The notes beneath the pieces were generated by a model. It ran no database searches and was not told where the DNA came from. It worked only from the letters and a program-made list of their open reading frames with translations. Position numbers and translations under genes: made by a program. A DNA stretch of 64,000 nt, taken from an uncultured Bacteriovoracaceae bacterium. GTDB lineage: Bacteria; Bdellovibrionota; UBA2394. Location of the stretch: positions 134,402 through 198,401 of the forward strand of contig CAZRLF010000001.1 in the NCBI GenBank assembly GCA_964601045.1, read 5' to 3'. Shown here piece by piece: positions 17,001 through 24,580 of the stretch; position 1 is the stretch's first letter, and every line of letters starts with the position of its first letter.

Positions 17001-20000
17001 TGACCCAATGAACTGGCCTTCGTTTAAAAAAGCCTTTCCTCAAGGCCAAGGCGACGAGGTTAAATCGATTTATCAAGAGCGTGATGACTATTTTAAAAAT
17101 GAAGAAAATCAAATTGGCAATCTTATTGAAGATGGAATTGATCGCCTACTGATCGATCCCAATGGTAAAAAATTTAATATCGCTGGACGATTTGCACCTT
17201 ATGCTTATCGATTTCAAGATAAAGATTTAAACGCTTCCGTGAAAAATATTCACTCAAGCTTAATGACCTTCATCTCTAAGCAGGAAGATTCATTTTACAA
17301 TATAGCTCAGCGCTCGGATAGTCTTACGAAGATCACCGAAGATCTCTATGGCTATCGATACCCTATGCTTAAAGCGAGAATCAGCGAAGGCGTTGAAAAG
17401 TTTGAAAAAGCAATTCATCACCTACTTGAGACTGAAAACATCTCTCGTCTTCGATTGAGAGACCTTGATGGCGCTCGTTTAAATACCGAGCAAATGGAGA
17501 GCCTACTTTCGTGTACCTACACTGAAGCCTCAAAAAAAATTAGTGAAAAAATAACATTCGATACGGCGTTTGAGATGGCACTGAACCCTGCCGAGATTTC
17601 AAATAGCTGTCTTAAAGATTTTAAAGAAAAAGATGACCTCTTAAAGAGTGAGGCTTTTAAAGAACAATTGAAGATGATTTCAAGTCGTGCCAGCGTAATG
17701 ACTGACGTGCTTAATCAGGCTGGTGCTTTGGCCATGCAAATTTCACCAGAGAATTTAAGAAAAACAAAAATTCTTCCACGAATTATTTTAAACCTTAAGG
17801 ATTTTTCTCGCGTTGATAATCAACTCGGCATCTCAATGTCTAAATTAATTGAAGGCCTCAATATTCTTAATAAAGAAGAACTCACCGTTCAATACGAAGA
17901 CCTTAAAGCCAAACGAGAAACCCGCCAAAGACACGATAGCTCTTGGTATCAGACTATTCCAGGAGACGTAGGGTCTATGATTGTTCATAGCGGACAAAGT
18001 CTATGGGAAGAAACCTATCGCCTTGGCATCGAAAATCTCGCCTTTAACGCGGCATGGGCAATGACTGGCTGGGATGGTAAAGAAAAATTTGATTCGCTCC
18101 AAAAGTTCTTCGGTCAATATTCAGCTTCGCATTTTACTCCCGAAAGAATTCAGAACCTTGCTGAGAAAAAATCTCATCGCATTCCTTTGATTGGCTTAGA
18201 TGTGAATGTCTACTCAGCTCAAGATGTAGGTGATGGAGTTGGACTTGCTCTTACTTTGATGACCTTTGGTGCCGGTAAAGCTGTGACTACTCTTGCTCGC
18301 GAAACAGCGCTTGAATCGCTTGCGACTAAAGTGTTTAAAGACTCGATTGCCGAAAAAGTTCTAGTTCAAACAGCTTCTGGCTTCTCAGCCGCCACTGAAG
18401 GCGGCATCACTGCTGCAAAAACATTACTCCGTCGCCCAACAACTTTGAGCGTTCAAGAAGCGGCAATTCAGGCCTATGAAAAGTCGATTCAGCAATTGTC
18501 AAAAGGGTCGATCTGGCAGAAGGAAATTCGCCTGATGGGCCAAGCTCCTGCGAAGAGCAGTATTGCAAAAACGATAAAGGCTTTGGGCGATGAGACCGCT
18601 CGAATTCCAGCAGGCACTCAGACCTTTAAACAAACGATGGCGGCTAATGCAAGAGCAGCAAAACAAATTGCGACTGCGTTTGGAACTAGAATTGGACTTG
18701 ATTCGGCTTGGCTTGCCGCCGGTGGCGTGATCTCTTTACTTGCCACCTATCAAAATTTAGGCGGAGAAAATTCAGCCTCTATGCTGGGTCAAGGCACCTG
18801 GGAAAACATGAAGTTTCTCACGGCCTTTATTTTGACCATGAGCTTAACTCATAAGATGCCGTGGGTGAATAGAACTCTCAATGCAGCTTTAATGAGTTCT
18901 ATCTTTAATGATTGGGCTAAGAATGGAGTGATATATTTTGATACAATGGGCGAATCGCGTCGCTATACCGCCTATCTCAAAGCCGATGGCACCTTTGATC
19001 AAATGGCACTTCGTAAAAATCCCGATGCAGATGCTATTTTTAAAGAATACCAAGATGATACGCAGGCCAAAGCTAAGTTTATTTCTGCCTCGTTTCTCGT
19101 TGCTCTCATTGGTATTGGACCTAAAATTGGTCAGTTTGCTGATCGAACCAAAGCCAAAGGAATGGAGTTAAGTGAAAACACCGATCTTAATTCAGGTCTT
19201 ATTTCAACGCTTGGAGGAGCTTACGGCAGCCGTCCCGATCGGTTGTATGACTATCTTGTTCAATTTAGAACCAAGAGATTACTAGAAAAAGAAGTTCAGA
19301 CCGCTAGAGAAAATAACGCAAGTCCTCGCCCAGAAGCTCTAATTAAAAAAGACGCTGAAGCAGAAATTCAAAAACAATTTTGGTATGTCTATCAGGCAGC
19401 ATTTCCGGAAGCTCGAGTTACCTCAATGGTCGCTCTTTGGAAGCTTTCGGGCCAATACTCTGAAGGAATGCGTAATATCGCCCTTAAAAATCTAAAAGAA
19501 AATTTTAATAAGGATTTTCATGCCGATGAAGTTGTCGATGGCCTCCCTGGTTTGCGCACTTCTTATGGAAAAGAACGCAAGCTTACCTGGAAAGAAGTGC
19601 AAGAAAAATTCAATAAAGCTTGGGATGAAGGCTTGAGACAAGGCGATGAATTTTTGGCTCGTCAGATTAGTGAGATGACGGGTGGTGAATTATTGGGAGA
19701 GAAACTTAAAATCTTTGCCGCTCTTAATCAGAAACTGGATGAAGTAGAAGTTGGCAAGGAAACTCGAAGTCTAAATGAGGTTCTTAACGATGTTCTCGAT
19801 TCATTTGGTGGAGTGGCCACTTGGAAGACCGATGCAGGTCAATTATTCCTCCATCGAATTATAATCCCCAGAATGATTGCGGCTAAAAATAGAGTTGAAT
19901 TAGGAGTGCTCTTCGATGGTGCTCCTAATCTTTTAGTCCCAGATTCTCAAAAGAATCCTCGATTCTCAGCCGATATGTTTGCCAAACTTTTAAATGAGAA

Positions 20001-21936
20001 AATTTATGAAGCAGGTACTCCTGCTGTCTTTCTTTCATATCCTGCAGAAGCTGGGGGTGTAGCCAAAATTTCTTATACGACTCGCCAAGGAAGTATTGAA
20101 ATCCTTACCGATGCTCAAGGCCAGAGATTCCTTAAGCTGCCCGAATCCGATAAGCCTATTTTAATTCCTGAACATATTCAGATTGTTCCTCTTAATTCTG
20201 GCCGCCTTAAATTAATTTCAGAAAAAAAATCTGAAGAAAAAGAAATTTCATCAAATGGCCATGCTGTTACAGCTGAACTTGCTGCCTTTGACTCGGCATT
20301 TAAAGATCAAACAACAGCCCCTCTTAGCTTGATGCAGAATCTTCCTAAACATGCCGAGTCATACCCCACTCGTGTGGTCGAATTTAAACTTCGCGAAGGT
20401 CTTAAGAAAGAAGACTCAAGCATTGCCAGTATCAAGCGAAAATTGGGGCTGCAAAAAGAAAAGCGAGCCGCGATTGTTGTCGATCTCAATTCTAATATTG
20501 AACAAGCTTTTATCGGAAATAATACCGTGCTGATTCGATACAAAGGTAAAAAACCGGTAAATTTTTTAATGCCTGATCCTATTTTGGAACAAAGTGGTCT
20601 AATTCAAGAGAGGTGGAAGATTGAATCTATCGCGAATGATGGCCTTACAATTCGTGATCAATACCATCAACGCATTAAGATTGATTTCGCCAATGATAAA
20701 GTAGAAGTCTTTAAAGAGGATTCTAGAACTGGAGAAATGAATAAAATTAAACAGTATGAGCAAAACGGCAAAGATATGACCATCCAGCAATTTAAAGATA
20801 TGATGGAGAACTTTCCTGGCCTTCTACCTACCGAGATTATGATCGGTCTCAATCATATGAATTTTAACTTGGGTGGCTCTACACTTACAGTTGCTTCAAA
20901 AGTGGAAATCGCGAAAGAAATGCAAGAAAAAGAGCTGATAGATTCGCTTGCTGATCTTAATCTCGGCAGTATTCCTCGCGATCGCCTCACACCCCAAACC
21001 ATTCAAAAGCAGGCCAATACACGAATTGAACAGATTGGACCTGAGAAAAGCCGAGAAGAAATTGAAAGACACCGAGGACCTGAATTGGCCTTAATTAAGG
21101 TGCCTCATGATTTAATGTCTGATGGCCAGCTCAGTAAACTCAGTAAACACCAAATGTCTCGCTTTATTGATCAATCAAAAATTGAAAAACTTGAATCGAA
21201 AATGGGAGCTCTGGATGGACTTTTGATTCAAAAATTTGAAGTCATATTTGGTAAACCTGAATCGGAATGGACTCCTGCTCAAAAGCTTCAGGCTAAGAAA
21301 ACATTCTATCTCTCTCGTCTTAAACCTGAGCAATATCGAGAAATTCTTACCGAAGATGAAATAGCCTTTATCTTCAGAATGACAAATATCGAGAATAGAA
21401 TTCGCTCACATGAAACTCGGGCCTTAAGACTTCTTGCATCTACATTGGTCGATAAAGCTGAAACAACGCTTAGTCTCACCGGAAAGCGAGTTCATCCTGA
21501 AGTCGATGCCAAGGCCAACGATTTGATTGAACAAGCCAAGATGGATTTTGTAAAATCCGCGCTTGAGGGAAATCGAGAAAGCTTACGGCTTCTCGAACGA
21601 GCGATTAGCCGGGAAGAACTCGTAGGGCAAATTGATGTAAGTAAACTTTCACAAGAACAAAAAATTTACTTAGCTCAAGATAAAATCCCGACGAGTGTTT
21701 GGGAAAAGGCAGAAGGTAAAATGGATCGAATACCTCCCGAGCATATACAGGCTATTACAGAAGCAGATATTCGTCAGGGAGCGTCGAAAGACACTATTGA
21801 TTATCGAATGCTCGTAGGCGCCATTGTTAAACCTGAAAAAGTTGTTTCAATGTTGACCGGAAAACGCCTTGAGGAAGTTCCGAATCTGAAATCACAGATC
21901 CAAAGTTTTGAAAAAGCAAAAGATACTCTGAAGTAA
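11095..21936 (+). CDS. Giant (3613 aa) K/E-rich, mostly alpha-helical protein with a weak N-terminal signal-like segment, internal repeats and a central Gly/Ala-rich hydrophobic domain; putative secreted toxin or effector
   Basis: One uninterrupted 10.8-kb ORF. The SD GGAGGA at 11085-11090 precedes a TTG start at 11095; ATG 11131 is an alternative. No recognisable catalytic motif. Internal repeats include KAYIRYRFQIEDYLDQKAGK versus EAYLRLRYAAEDYLDQKEGK. The hydrophobic, glycine-rich central region spans about 18.2-19.2 kb (...GVGLALTLMTFGAGKAVTTLARETALESLA...AAKQIATAFGTRIGLDSAWLAAGGVISLLATYQNLGG...). Confidence 0.85.
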   Translation: MVNWRFKFFQFSMIFTLLVKGESLRASNDACEPKSAIQELLQSAQNPVNSNQDIPTDPSPSIRSNGNAPQNPPPAVELPVPATTDGKVAAFFQAWREKVQTKVETPESKKLKDKILSEYGVKPISEYLVSKSVSAALKFYLRWENPTYRDAKSTPAHFADIRVGDDLKLAQIFGVSSAENRGIQDMIFNDLLKTPEGKKKIIAVGDILTLFFDTHLTDNLQLNPEQREILLSSMTEIKLNSNGNLETTADFPRLDQIEKFNQAYVESFNNLSANLVDENGDRPDNTVVRNLLKEAFSKRLKKIQKDAKGALTFDLVLNAIQITPADLEESKSTATQSSEFDKMLLMHAHLSQTENYNKSSAYRLFSSAADHSAGKIQAYKDLYNPPASELAKKTEDSEIKNQESKILSATVGNTTMFEGTPLINFGALPISQRDREILQKQIKNDIKGSFSLSSNQSDPGADAFKDARYADPRQFLPKGKNKKGELEAPYYENPYRIQLQAHASPAPPASYIAGGWRIPLESGGVRIFTDQEFETYKTAAMNAEVEKRIEAMLKNGVEIDLRTLLSNADRYDTQGFFTGGKIEPKTGKWRDPFLRRHRDKSGGEIDFKGEIKNRYDLSLQILRFALNKPDLKSIPITYSDLLFWPEEELTALLTIKSLTRDTSLLEVDASGRLKRFDSKQLATKASDLLGWKLDVEKKLGFFPDIHFSNEKELLSAVEKINAALKDKESLAPGIPLVHLGCLEKDGKLVGGFLPEGEVKPLSLTDFRKAYREKKEEVKAPLFKSANELVEKIDSCMAEVKKERNDLIKSTTLSLQTFGKKLFSNRLKAYIRYRFQIEDYLDQKAGKAVKTGDRLKAFEAKLKANEAQNLSQEQNETFLLNEWNSITAERFKEIALFNRQLIDSPDADLKESELKELAKSAQKTFDSSDIQFLRQNRLSILANYIIESPQLPTAQKIEKLEAYLRLRYAAEDYLDQKEGKKISLGARARALDAALARDDFKSKSTSETILKALEFEWKSFQVERMAEVSDLISQVAVKPQNTITDSAEQTVAVTLSKAMNQDELLDLNSDHLNLLLNDQYNSAEKIKLINLSHFSLSELDALHFLSTRYGWNEVIFAAESTDGMGLRLFDWLNKAASNKIDSGKVQTLSILDSYVLLNASHELAVASGIIPTLWGDNWKATLENINKAPLTGVNLRQIGNYNSIPIIETLRLHQDEASRYFTYDNIIKSFRPTREVKPVFDLEKDSLESLARWNIPTDPKHLQKLTEMAAVFKWDMIKEAYLKNMKDEKKSQKEQDDKRKEIEEYKNGVHPDLVKFYRQNQNLKNYHTLAERMKITPEKDNTLARKSFSGRSVFETNSQVSQSLQAGLVSLDVFLDDFFADSKNILTKEIKERLESSTPGSADITALNMIGFDTNTKSFQSAIAQIKAENKPLAEELLQQSQLFLKAGRELQSSFEQGGLSRDDFKKILYAANQREEIMLEIIGKEKNNIKEGSSVSSTASEKILSAAKVQLPSSKAGRARAAKQLDSLRALMSSSQVLFANFHESLSTMVARYSIPLLFEEIRLNAEKSPLGEEILSQPQFQQNLISSGLERASELSNLGSLIDLNSVSAALADATLNEGFKVGEFESEVRKMFSYHYDLNRLLYGKSFDPVGFNFYKGLEGNARTSGSDTDHIDKILIAKINEIRKRQHDSVDRISNLLTAKLKTLPETHALGKFLQVLAEGVAVKKAKNAKGEPTFEISSALKLNTERNEKDQIIYKGTLSDLVSFAKFTERPLSADPDFLPIGERDQSYAVRYDKFEEQYKNIFKNNPKFADSYETRRNQGKLQTSLDRLGQKRSISIPLKNRLEGLKDFLSAARAQPQFNTQEVQMLFEKMESENKVNLNNFFLSIYFALQTQLGKQMPDSIWADKEAAAQEAINKLLQKSIETFPADIQSNAQIQEILKAIKEAKVSSFVKLDSKATAEQKAAADPMNWPSFKKAFPQGQGDEVKSIYQERDDYFKNEENQIGNLIEDGIDRLLIDPNGKKFNIAGRFAPYAYRFQDKDLNASVKNIHSSLMTFISKQEDSFYNIAQRSDSLTKITEDLYGYRYPMLKARISEGVEKFEKAIHHLLETENISRLRLRDLDGARLNTEQMESLLSCTYTEASKKISEKITFDTAFEMALNPAEISNSCLKDFKEKDDLLKSEAFKEQLKMISSRASVMTDVLNQAGALAMQISPENLRKTKILPRIILNLKDFSRVDNQLGISMSKLIEGLNILNKEELTVQYEDLKAKRETRQRHDSSWYQTIPGDVGSMIVHSGQSLWEETYRLGIENLAFNAAWAMTGWDGKEKFDSLQKFFGQYSASHFTPERIQNLAEKKSHRIPLIGLDVNVYSAQDVGDGVGLALTLMTFGAGKAVTTLARETALESLATKVFKDSIAEKVLVQTASGFSAATEGGITAAKTLLRRPTTLSVQEAAIQAYEKSIQQLSKGSIWQKEIRLMGQAPAKSSIAKTIKALGDETARIPAGTQTFKQTMAANARAAKQIATAFGTRIGLDSAWLAAGGVISLLATYQNLGGENSASMLGQGTWENMKFLTAFILTMSLTHKMPWVNRTLNAALMSSIFNDWAKNGVIYFDTMGESRRYTAYLKADGTFDQMALRKNPDADAIFKEYQDDTQAKAKFISASFLVALIGIGPKIGQFADRTKAKGMELSENTDLNSGLISTLGGAYGSRPDRLYDYLVQFRTKRLLEKEVQTARENNASPRPEALIKKDAEAEIQKQFWYVYQAAFPEARVTSMVALWKLSGQYSEGMRNIALKNLKENFNKDFHADEVVDGLPGLRTSYGKERKLTWKEVQEKFNKAWDEGLRQGDEFLARQISEMTGGELLGEKLKIFAALNQKLDEVEVGKETRSLNEVLNDVLDSFGGVATWKTDAGQLFLHRIIIPRMIAAKNRVELGVLFDGAPNLLVPDSQKNPRFSADMFAKLLNEKIYEAGTPAVFLSYPAEAGGVAKISYTTRQGSIEILTDAQGQRFLKLPESDKPILIPEHIQIVPLNSGRLKLISEKKSEEKEISSNGHAVTAELAAFDSAFKDQTTAPLSLMQNLPKHAESYPTRVVEFKLREGLKKEDSSIASIKRKLGLQKEKRAAIVVDLNSNIEQAFIGNNTVLIRYKGKKPVNFLMPDPILEQSGLIQERWKIESIANDGLTIRDQYHQRIKIDFANDKVEVFKEDSRTGEMNKIKQYEQNGKDMTIQQFKDMMENFPGLLPTEIMIGLNHMNFNLGGSTLTVASKVEIAKEMQEKELIDSLADLNLGSIPRDRLTPQTIQKQANTRIEQIGPEKSREEIERHRGPELALIKVPHDLMSDGQLSKLSKHQMSRFIDQSKIEKLESKMGALDGLLIQKFEVIFGKPESEWTPAQKLQAKKTFYLSRLKPEQYREILTEDEIAFIFRMTNIENRIRSHETRALRLLASTLVDKAETTLSLTGKRVHPEVDAKANDLIEQAKMDFVKSALEGNRESLRLLERAISREELVGQIDVSKLSQEQKIYLAQDKIPTSVWEKAEGKMDRIPPEHIQAITEADIRQGASKDTIDYRMLVGAIVKPEKVVSMLTGKRLEEVPNLKSQIQSFEKAKDTLK
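13573..14034 (+). repeat. Internal tandem-type repeat inside the giant gene (about 133-aa period)
   Basis: gaagattatctcgatcaaaaag (13603-13624) and gaagattatctcgaccaaaaag (14012-14033) differ at one position. The flanking protein segments align (LKAYIRYRFQIEDYLDQKAGKAVKTGDRLKAFEAKLKA versus LEAYLRLRYAAEDYLDQKEGKKISLGARARALDAALAR). Confidence 0.5.
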
Positions 21937-21951
21937 AGAAAGGTCTTTCTT

Positions 21952-23847
21952 ATGCAATCTAGAATCCTCTGTTTATTGAGTGCCGCATTAGTCACGTCTC
22001 CTATCACTGCACAAGAGCGGCAGGATAAAGTTAGCTATTACGAATTTGGAGCTTTGAAAGTGAGGATTAAACCTGAGGATATGGGGACCTTAGGAATCGC
22101 CACGCCCCTTCGTTCAAATCCGAGCGATAGCAATTCAAAGTCTTTGATGATTATAAAAGTCGCTGATCAATATTTTCTGCTTAAAACATTGGATGAATTA
22201 GGTGATCGACAAGATCGCGGGCCTTTTAAGAATGATCAGCTCTATAAAATAGACGCCAAGAACCTCGATACCTCTTTGATCAAGATGGTCAATGATGAAT
22301 ACGTCGCGTACGGAAAAACAGTAGGGGAACTTCAAAGACAACTTCAAGATGCAGAAAATGAAATCCGAACCACTGTGTCTCAGGAAAAAATAACGCCCTT
22401 ACGAAAACGGCCTGGGGCTTCTGATACAATTCAAAGAACGCCCGCTCAAATCGAAGAAGAAGTAGGAAAACGTTTGGCTCCTATTGAGGCGGGCCTTGAA
22501 AAGCAATTTAAAGACGCTCAACAAAAAATTAGTTTTTATACAGTCAAAGATGGAAACTTAGTTTTAGGAGCTGAGAGTAAAGTCATTCTTAAAGACTATA
22601 TAGCCATGCTGAGTGATCCGGCCGCTAAAGGAAAACCTAATTTTAGCCCGATAAGCGAAACTCAAGTCGCTAAATCTGCACAAAAACTTGATGAAGACGA
22701 TGAGCTTTCACTCATTCATCATTTTAAATTTGGATCTACTGAAGTGAATGTGGATACTGAGAAGCTTAATGAGAAAGGTCACATTTTTCCTTTAAGTTTT
22801 GCGTCTGATAAAGAAATGGAGCCCTCAATAGATTTACTCCTCCTTGAAATTGATGGAAAAAACTATCTCCTCAAACCCAAAATGGATCTGAACAAGCGAT
22901 TGGACTTCGTTGTGTCTCAAGGATCTTCGTTTTCTTTGCGTGAGGGAGATGAACTTTACGCTCTAGAGTCAAAGAATTTGAATTTGGCAAATATCAAGAA
23001 AGTAAAAGATGAACTTACTTCTCTTATAAAAGAAGCCGAAAATGCGGAAAGAACATTTGAACAGATAACTAATAAAATCAAAGCTGAGATTGAAGCAGAT
23101 AAGAGTATTCCTCAGAATAAGCGCGATGAAGAATTTGAAAAGCGGAGCACGGCGGCATTAATCGAATATCAAAATTCAATTTCTGCTAAAACTGCAACCG
23201 TAAATAATTTTGCGTCGGTAAAAGATGGAAATCTTTTTTTTAGATCCACTGGCGCTCCAATTCTTCAAGGATATGAAGAGCTGCTAAAAAATCCATCTGC
23301 TCGAGGCGAACCTCAATACTATACTGAAGAAATGATTGAGAATGAAGCGGCTGAACAAATTAAGAGAATGGAACAAGCGCAAAAGTTTGCGCCGGCGAAA
23401 TATCAGATAGGTCATCAATTTTCTAAAAAATTTGCAGAAGATTTTGATATGACCAAAAGTATTTCTCTTATTAGTTCAAATAAAACCTCTGGAATTCTAC
23501 AAACAAACACTTATGATCTCGCTCAAAATCAGATTAAACGCCCCGATGGTAAAATTGAAAAGCTGATTCAACTTCAGCTTGCTAAAGATCAAAAACTCTC
23601 TGACATTCCAGCAGCCGATCGTCTTAAGTATTTTCCGACACAGAGACAGATGACACAAATAATGAGCCGAGAGATTAACGATGCTTTCGATTTACTGCAC
23701 TCAATTGAAGTTAACTCGACTAACCGAACAACTAAGCTTTTGGGATCTACGAAGTTCAACTTTCACAACAATCAAATAGTAGATCCTTCAGGAAGTACTC
23801 AAACGATCAAACAGGAAGAGCCTCCTGCCGCAGACTTAACGAAGTAG
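21952..23847 (+). CDS. Secreted K/E-rich protein with two about 215-aa internal repeats, unknown function; co-transcribed with the giant gene (15-bp gap)
   Basis: The signal peptide is MQSRILCLLSAALVTSPITAQE. Repeats pair as ...LMIIKVADQYFLLKTLDEL...LYKIDAKNLDTSLIKMVNDE with ...LLLLEIDGKNYLLKPKMDL...LYALESKNLNLANIKKVKDE, and as FYTVKDGNLVLGAESKVILKDYIAMLSDPAAKGKPNF with FASVKDGNLFFRSTGAPILQGYEELLKNPSARGEPQY. Confidence 0.7.
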   Translation: MQSRILCLLSAALVTSPITAQERQDKVSYYEFGALKVRIKPEDMGTLGIATPLRSNPSDSNSKSLMIIKVADQYFLLKTLDELGDRQDRGPFKNDQLYKIDAKNLDTSLIKMVNDEYVAYGKTVGELQRQLQDAENEIRTTVSQEKITPLRKRPGASDTIQRTPAQIEEEVGKRLAPIEAGLEKQFKDAQQKISFYTVKDGNLVLGAESKVILKDYIAMLSDPAAKGKPNFSPISETQVAKSAQKLDEDDELSLIHHFKFGSTEVNVDTEKLNEKGHIFPLSFASDKEMEPSIDLLLLEIDGKNYLLKPKMDLNKRLDFVVSQGSSFSLREGDELYALESKNLNLANIKKVKDELTSLIKEAENAERTFEQITNKIKAEIEADKSIPQNKRDEEFEKRSTAALIEYQNSISAKTATVNNFASVKDGNLFFRSTGAPILQGYEELLKNPSARGEPQYYTEEMIENEAAEQIKRMEQAQKFAPAKYQIGHQFSKKFAEDFDMTKSISLISSNKTSGILQTNTYDLAQNQIKRPDGKIEKLIQLQLAKDQKLSDIPAADRLKYFPTQRQMTQIMSREINDAFDLLHSIEVNSTNRTTKLLGSTKFNFHNNQIVDPSGSTQTIKQEEPPAADLTK

Positions 23848-23865
23848 AATATTCAAGCAAAAAGA

Positions 23866-23893
23866 AAGAGCGCCACCGATACGGGGCGCTCTT
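23866..23893 (-). terminator. Terminator hairpin between the two convergent operons (U-tract on the minus strand)
   Basis: AAGAGCGCC-accgatacgg-GGCGCTCTT forms a 9-bp GC-rich stem. The minus-strand reading is followed by TCTTTTTGC. The hairpin sits 19 bp after the plus-strand gene and 30 bp after the minus-strand gene. Confidence 0.65.
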
Positions 23894-23923
23894 AAACAGC
23901 GATCGAAACTAAATAAGAACTAA

Positions 23924-24580
23924 TTAAACTCGGCAAGAATTCTCAAATTTGCCGCCCATACCCAATTGCAAACTGTCAAGCCAGTTTCTTACCTTAGCTG
24001 ATACGAAATCTGTATGAGCTTTGATTCCTGCATTAAAACTGCCAAATTTGATGCGGGCGGCCTGCATGGCATCTGAGGTAACTTTCATGATGGCGTTGTA
24101 GGCTCTCTTGATAAAGATATCTTGACTTCGAGCATTTTGAGCGAAATGAGGAAACATCAACGCAGCTATGCCTTCAACTTCCGGCGAAAAACTTTCAGCA
24201 ACTAGAGGTTCAGATATTGAATCAGTAGCCGTACCTTCAGCAAATTTCATCTCTAAAATGGAATGAATATCTCCTGATATATTATGCTTTGCACCTATGA
24301 CACAAAACGGCTTCTCGTTTCTATGCTCTATCTTCATCATATTATCGTCAGCAGCTTTAGGAGCGAGAATACCTTGCTGAGTGGCTCTGACCGCTTTCGA
24401 GGAGTCAAGCATTCGGCCTGACTCGCCAGTCGCTCGGTCATTTATTTCGACATTTTGCTTTTTAATATCGGCAATACTGATCCCATTGTGCTCACCCGCA
24501 AAGGTTGAAGCACTTAGAATCATCAATAGCGCTAGTCCGATCGTTGTTTTACTTTTCATATTTTGTTCCTTTCTTTTCAT
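23924..24580 (-). CDS. Secreted protein (218 aa), unknown function; last gene of the minus-strand secreted-protein operon
   Basis: The signal peptide is MKSKTTIGLALLMILSASTFAGE. The ATGA start overlaps the stop of the upstream 1367-aa gene. Confidence 0.6.
   Translation of the reverse strand: MKRKEQNMKSKTTIGLALLMILSASTFAGEHNGISIADIKKQNVEINDRATGESGRMLDSSKAVRATQQGILAPKAADDNMMKIEHRNEKPFCVIGAKHNISGDIHSILEMKFAEGTATDSISEPLVAESFSPEVEGIAALMFPHFAQNARSQDIFIKRAYNAIMKVTSDAMQAARIKFGSFNAGIKAHTDFVSAKVRNWLDSLQLGMGGKFENSCRV

Noticed and set aside
11095-21936. Searched the giant protein and its 1350-aa relative for HExxH, GDSL, RTX nonapeptide (GGxGxD), Rhs/YD or haemagglutinin-type repeats
   Set aside because: None were seen by eye (HELAV, HGLVH and similar strings lack the required partner residues). 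The proteins are therefore described only as putative toxin or effector-like, without assigning a known family.
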